A DNA stretch of 64,000 nt. Origin: Takakia lepidozioides. Lineage: Eukaryota; Plantae; Bryophyta. The translations under genes were made by a program, and so were the position numbers. Below are positions 60,333 through 64,000 of the stretch, piece after piece (the stretch's first letter is position 1; each line of letters begins with the position of its first letter). The notes beneath the pieces are model-generated. The model was not told the origin of the DNA and ran no database searches. It worked only from the letters and a program-made list of their open reading frames with translations. The stretch spans positions 17,484,001 to 17,548,000 of the forward strand of contig CM060732.1 of NCBI GenBank assembly GCA_030704615.1. The letters are read 5' to 3'.

Positions 60333-63300
60333 TTACTGATTGCGATTAGCAAACCTTTGTGAGTGAGCACCTTTCTGACGTTGAGAGTTTCGTGGCGGAC
60401 TGTGTGTACGAGCCCGAGGTCTGTCACTGGTTGACGGAGATGATTGAACACTACCCGGATAAGTGAGGCCCTCTGGAGGCTGATATCGAGGTAACCTTTC
60501 AGGCATAGGAGACCCCCGTCGCTTCTTCTCTGCCATCTGAATTGCATAGTCTTCTCCCATGTCAAAAGAATCCGCTGAAGAAACAGTTGTATCAGAATCC
60601 TCATCGCCTCTCAGGTGTTTTAATTGTCGAACTTTTTGTGGAATCCTCTGGGGCATACAATGTTGTCCTACCATGTCTGGAAGTTTATATTTTAAAACTT
60701 GTTGTAAACGCTGAACAGCAAAATTGGTGAAGACACTGAGCTCCTTGTCTGTCCAGGTGAGTGGGGTGCCAATTACTTGTGCACCGTGCAAGTATTTCCA
60801 TGCCACATGTCCCTTATAGAAAATATCATCAATGCCGAATTTCTGTGTTGACAAATTGTTCCAGGCCGCTTGAAACCATGAACGAATTTGAGAATCTTTT
60901 TGCATCATAACTTTTGCCTCATATAGGTACATATGAGGTGGCACTGAAGGTAAGACCCAATGATCCCCACTGGAATAACTCAGAAAGCGCGATTGCATCT
61001 TGTGCTGCTCAATGTGATAACGTACCAGAAAACAAGCAGCGTAGTATAACCCGCATCCCATGACAATACTTGCTACCTCCTTGGTCTTGGTATAAATGAA
61101 TCCATGTACAACTTGGAAGGCAATTAATTCCTTCAACATTGTACTTGCCTCATGCCAGTATTGTGCAAAGTGATGATCCTCAATTGGTCGATTGTTCGGA
61201 AGAACTTTAGTCCTGGTTGCCACTGGCAGCCAAATGCGCATGATTTGGTAGTAATGTGCGAATGACTGCGGAGGACTAAATTCTTTCCAAGCCAAATCCA
61301 ACATGATGGGAATTTGGTTGAAGGGCATAATCATAGCCCTACTGTACTCCCTTGCAGCTGGAGTTTTAGGTGGGTTAAAAGCAGCATTGCCCCATACCTC
61401 AGGTTGTGGTGGCTGTGGTGTGGTTGTAGTAACAACAGGTTCAGCTACTGGTACAGTGACTTGTTGTGGTGTTGGTGGTACTGGCTCTTGTATCATTGGC
61501 ATCTCCTGCACCTCCTGTGAAGAAGACTGAAAAGCCAAAGTTATGGCTTGTAAATAAGAAGCCATTAACTGTTCCTCAGGTATATAGGCTCTTTTGTCGA
61601 TATTTGAAGTGAGGTCTTCCATTTGAGTCTGCAGTCCGTCTACATCCTCCTGTAACTCCGCTATCCTACTATAGACATTGTCTATAGTAGTTGTGGCAAT
61701 GTTCTGCACTTGCAGTCTGAGCTCATTCATCTTGCTTTGGGTGAGCTTTCGTGGTGCTTTGCCCTCCACTGGGCCTTGTGCTAACCAGACCTGCATAAGG
61801 TGGTTATCCACCAAGTTGCTTGTGGTTCCTCTGAGAGTGTGCTCCTCTCTTAGTTTGTACACATCTAATTGCTGTTGTAAAGCCTCCATGCGCTTCGCAT
61901 GAGATTCAACCAAATTCGCATAGGCAGCAAGTAGATTATTGGCTTCCTTCCAAGCCTTGTTAGTGACCGAGATTTCATTTCTATTGGCCATGATCGTTTG
62001 TTGCAACTCCAGGATGTGCTTCTCTTGATCAGCTTCAATCTGCCTGTATTGCTTGAAAGTATCCTCATTGCGACAGATTGTATTCTTCATATCGACAATG
62101 AGTTTCATTTGCTCAACATTCTCTGCTTCTGCCTTCATACTTTTTTCTGCTTGACTGTTTATTTCTTTTGTAGTTTGGTCAAGCATAGTTGTGAGTGTAG
62201 CACATTGTATGGCCATCCTATCATGCACTGTCTGCAACTCCGTATGTAGTGCATTCACTTCTTGCAACTTGCTTTCATGCTGCACCTGCATTTGGTATAG
62301 CTGTTGCTTATGTGCTTCGTGCAACTGGTCTTGCGCGAGGCCTGCCTCAATCAATTGTTCCTTGGCCAATTGCAAAGCCGCTTCTGTATTCTCCAAGTCT
62401 TGCTGCATCTTGAGAGTGACCTCCTCATCGACCTTGTTTGCACACTCAGTGGCTAGTCGAGCCTCAAACTCCTTCCTGAGTTCCTCTCTCAAGGCTGTCA
62501 ATTGGGTAGTTGGAACATGGGATTTGACATAAGTCCCCAACAAATTAAGTGTCCTGCCTATGGAACTCATCAGCATTGCCTGTTGAGGGTCATCATGGTG
62601 AAGTTGCTGTTGTTCCTCCTGATCCTCAACCGTGTGATGTCTCACGAACCACTCAGGCCATTGTCCCACCGGATTTTCTTCCTGAACCACTTCATCCATC
62701 ACCGGTGCTACAGTGTCTTGACATTCTACCTGTGGTACCTCCGACACAGGTGTGTGTATTATATGCACCTCAGGATTTCCCTTGGGCAACTGTTGCACCT
62801 CTGGAATCTCTGTCTCCTTGACCAGACCAGAATATTCATAGAGAAGGTCCCCCTTCTCAATTTCTGCCACTATCTGTTCTGTAGTTGGAATATCTAACCC
62901 TTCTTTTTCCAAATCAATTATTTCTGGTTGAGCTGCATGGACAACTTGTAACCTTGTGACAAGCCGATCATCTGGCTGTGATGGCTGTGATACTGAAGTA
63001 ACTTCATCTTCCCTCTCTGAAGGTCCTGCTTCTAGTAATAGCAGTTCTCTGTGCTGCTGTGCCCCTTCCTACACAAAAACTTGGGAAACATTATCATGCG
63101 GATTCCGTGAAGCCAGTGGATCCGCCACTACAGTCTTTCCCCGCCTCTGTCTCTTATTCTCGTGTTGTCCTGCCATTCCACCCTCACTGTGTGAAGAGCC
63201 TTGCTCTTCCATTGCAATGGTTTCTGGCTCAAACACTCCCATCTCCTTTCTTTCTCGAGCATCAAGGATGCCAGAATCAAGAATTATTTGAGCAATGATT

Positions 63301-63887
63301 GGGCCAGACACTATGATAGGAGACTTTGCGGCAGTACCCTGTAATCTTTTCATCTCCTCTACCAGTGCGTTGTACATTATGTCCGCCCATTCTACCTCTT
63401 CTCCTCTCAGGGCTTTGAGTATTTCCTCTGTGAAGGATCTGCTCAAATACTGTTGGTTCTGTTTCATGGCAAACAGAACGTTCAATACCTGGCCTACCTC
63501 CTTAAGCCCTGGGTACACGGCCTTGGTACAAGCATAACCCTGAGTTTTAAAGAAACTCCCTTCTTGGAATAAGTCCCTTATTTGCAGTCTTGCCCTGTGC
63601 TCCTCCACATGCACCTGGCCTGCTGGCAATCGAAACAATTGCTGTAGGTATAGGGGAGTAATTACTAATTCAACTCCCTTCACCGTTGTTGCTCCTGTCC
63701 TTGGCTCAAAGTTCTGTAAGAATTGTAATATGTACTGTCTATGGTGCAATGTCCAATCTTTGCTTTGCAATCCTTGCAATCTCAGCTCCTTCAGTATCTG
63801 CATCGTCTGTGGGGTAGCAATTGTTTGTTTCTGCAGAATTGTGGTGCTCTTCACCCTGATTTCCTCCATTCCTCTCACTCTCTTCAT
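60333..63887 (-). CDS. Extra (non gag-pol) sense ORF of the gypsy element, ~1184 codons with one in-frame TAG at 63069-63071; N-terminal plant-transposon-type domain plus long coiled coil
   Basis: ORFs 63069..63950 and 60333..62912 are in the same frame and the gap between them is open. ILQFLQNF..TVKGVELVITP..LFRLPAG..VEWA resembles accessory ORFs of Athila/Tat-like elements. Ends ~20 nt before the PPT. Confidence 0.8.
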
Positions 63888-64000
63888 TCTAGACCCACAG
63901 AAATGTTTTGGCTGTAACAATTGAAGAAATGCCTGTAGTGCACAAAGCATAAACGTATGGTTGCCACAAAAAGCTATGGGTAATTTCTTGTAAGCCTGCG

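Overview
Land-plant nuclear DNA, inferred to be from a non-flowering lineage (bryophyte, lycophyte or fern) from its spliceosomal introns, R2R3-MYB, PLS-type PPR remnant and TE protein families. Only two host genes look intact: an R2R3-MYB on the minus strand that runs off the left edge, and an 8-exon, ~2260-aa coiled-coil gene resembling Arabidopsis At4g38062. The rest is a nested, decayed transposon landscape. (1) At ~4.9-18.7 kb is a hAT-type element. Its transposase is broken into three pieces (BED finger +, DUF659 -, core/dimerisation +) that rejoin if two nested inversions are undone. It carries a RING-H2 gene hidden by a MITE, a protein kinase gene, an orphan gene, three long imperfect hairpins and arrays of GCGACCGCC..GGCGGTCGC palindromes. 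(2) At ~43.7-52.2 kb and ~56.8-59.4 kb are pieces of a Mutator-like element: a DDE transposase with SWIM finger, a tandem FCP1-like HAD gene, a spliced ParB/Srx-like gene and GGCGCC palindromic repeats. (3) There are several copies of one Ty3/gypsy LTR family with an ORF that starts inside the LTR and a ~1180-codon extra ORF next to the 3' LTR. (4) A degenerate L1-type LINE, other gypsy fragments and a PPR remnant are also present. The strongest candidate for an undescribed system is large cargo-carrying DNA transposons that encode their own regulatory enzymes (kinase, E3 ligase, phosphatase-fold, ParB-fold) and hairpin RNAs. All calls were made by eye from motifs; no database searches were run, and the termini of the two large DNA elements were not identified.
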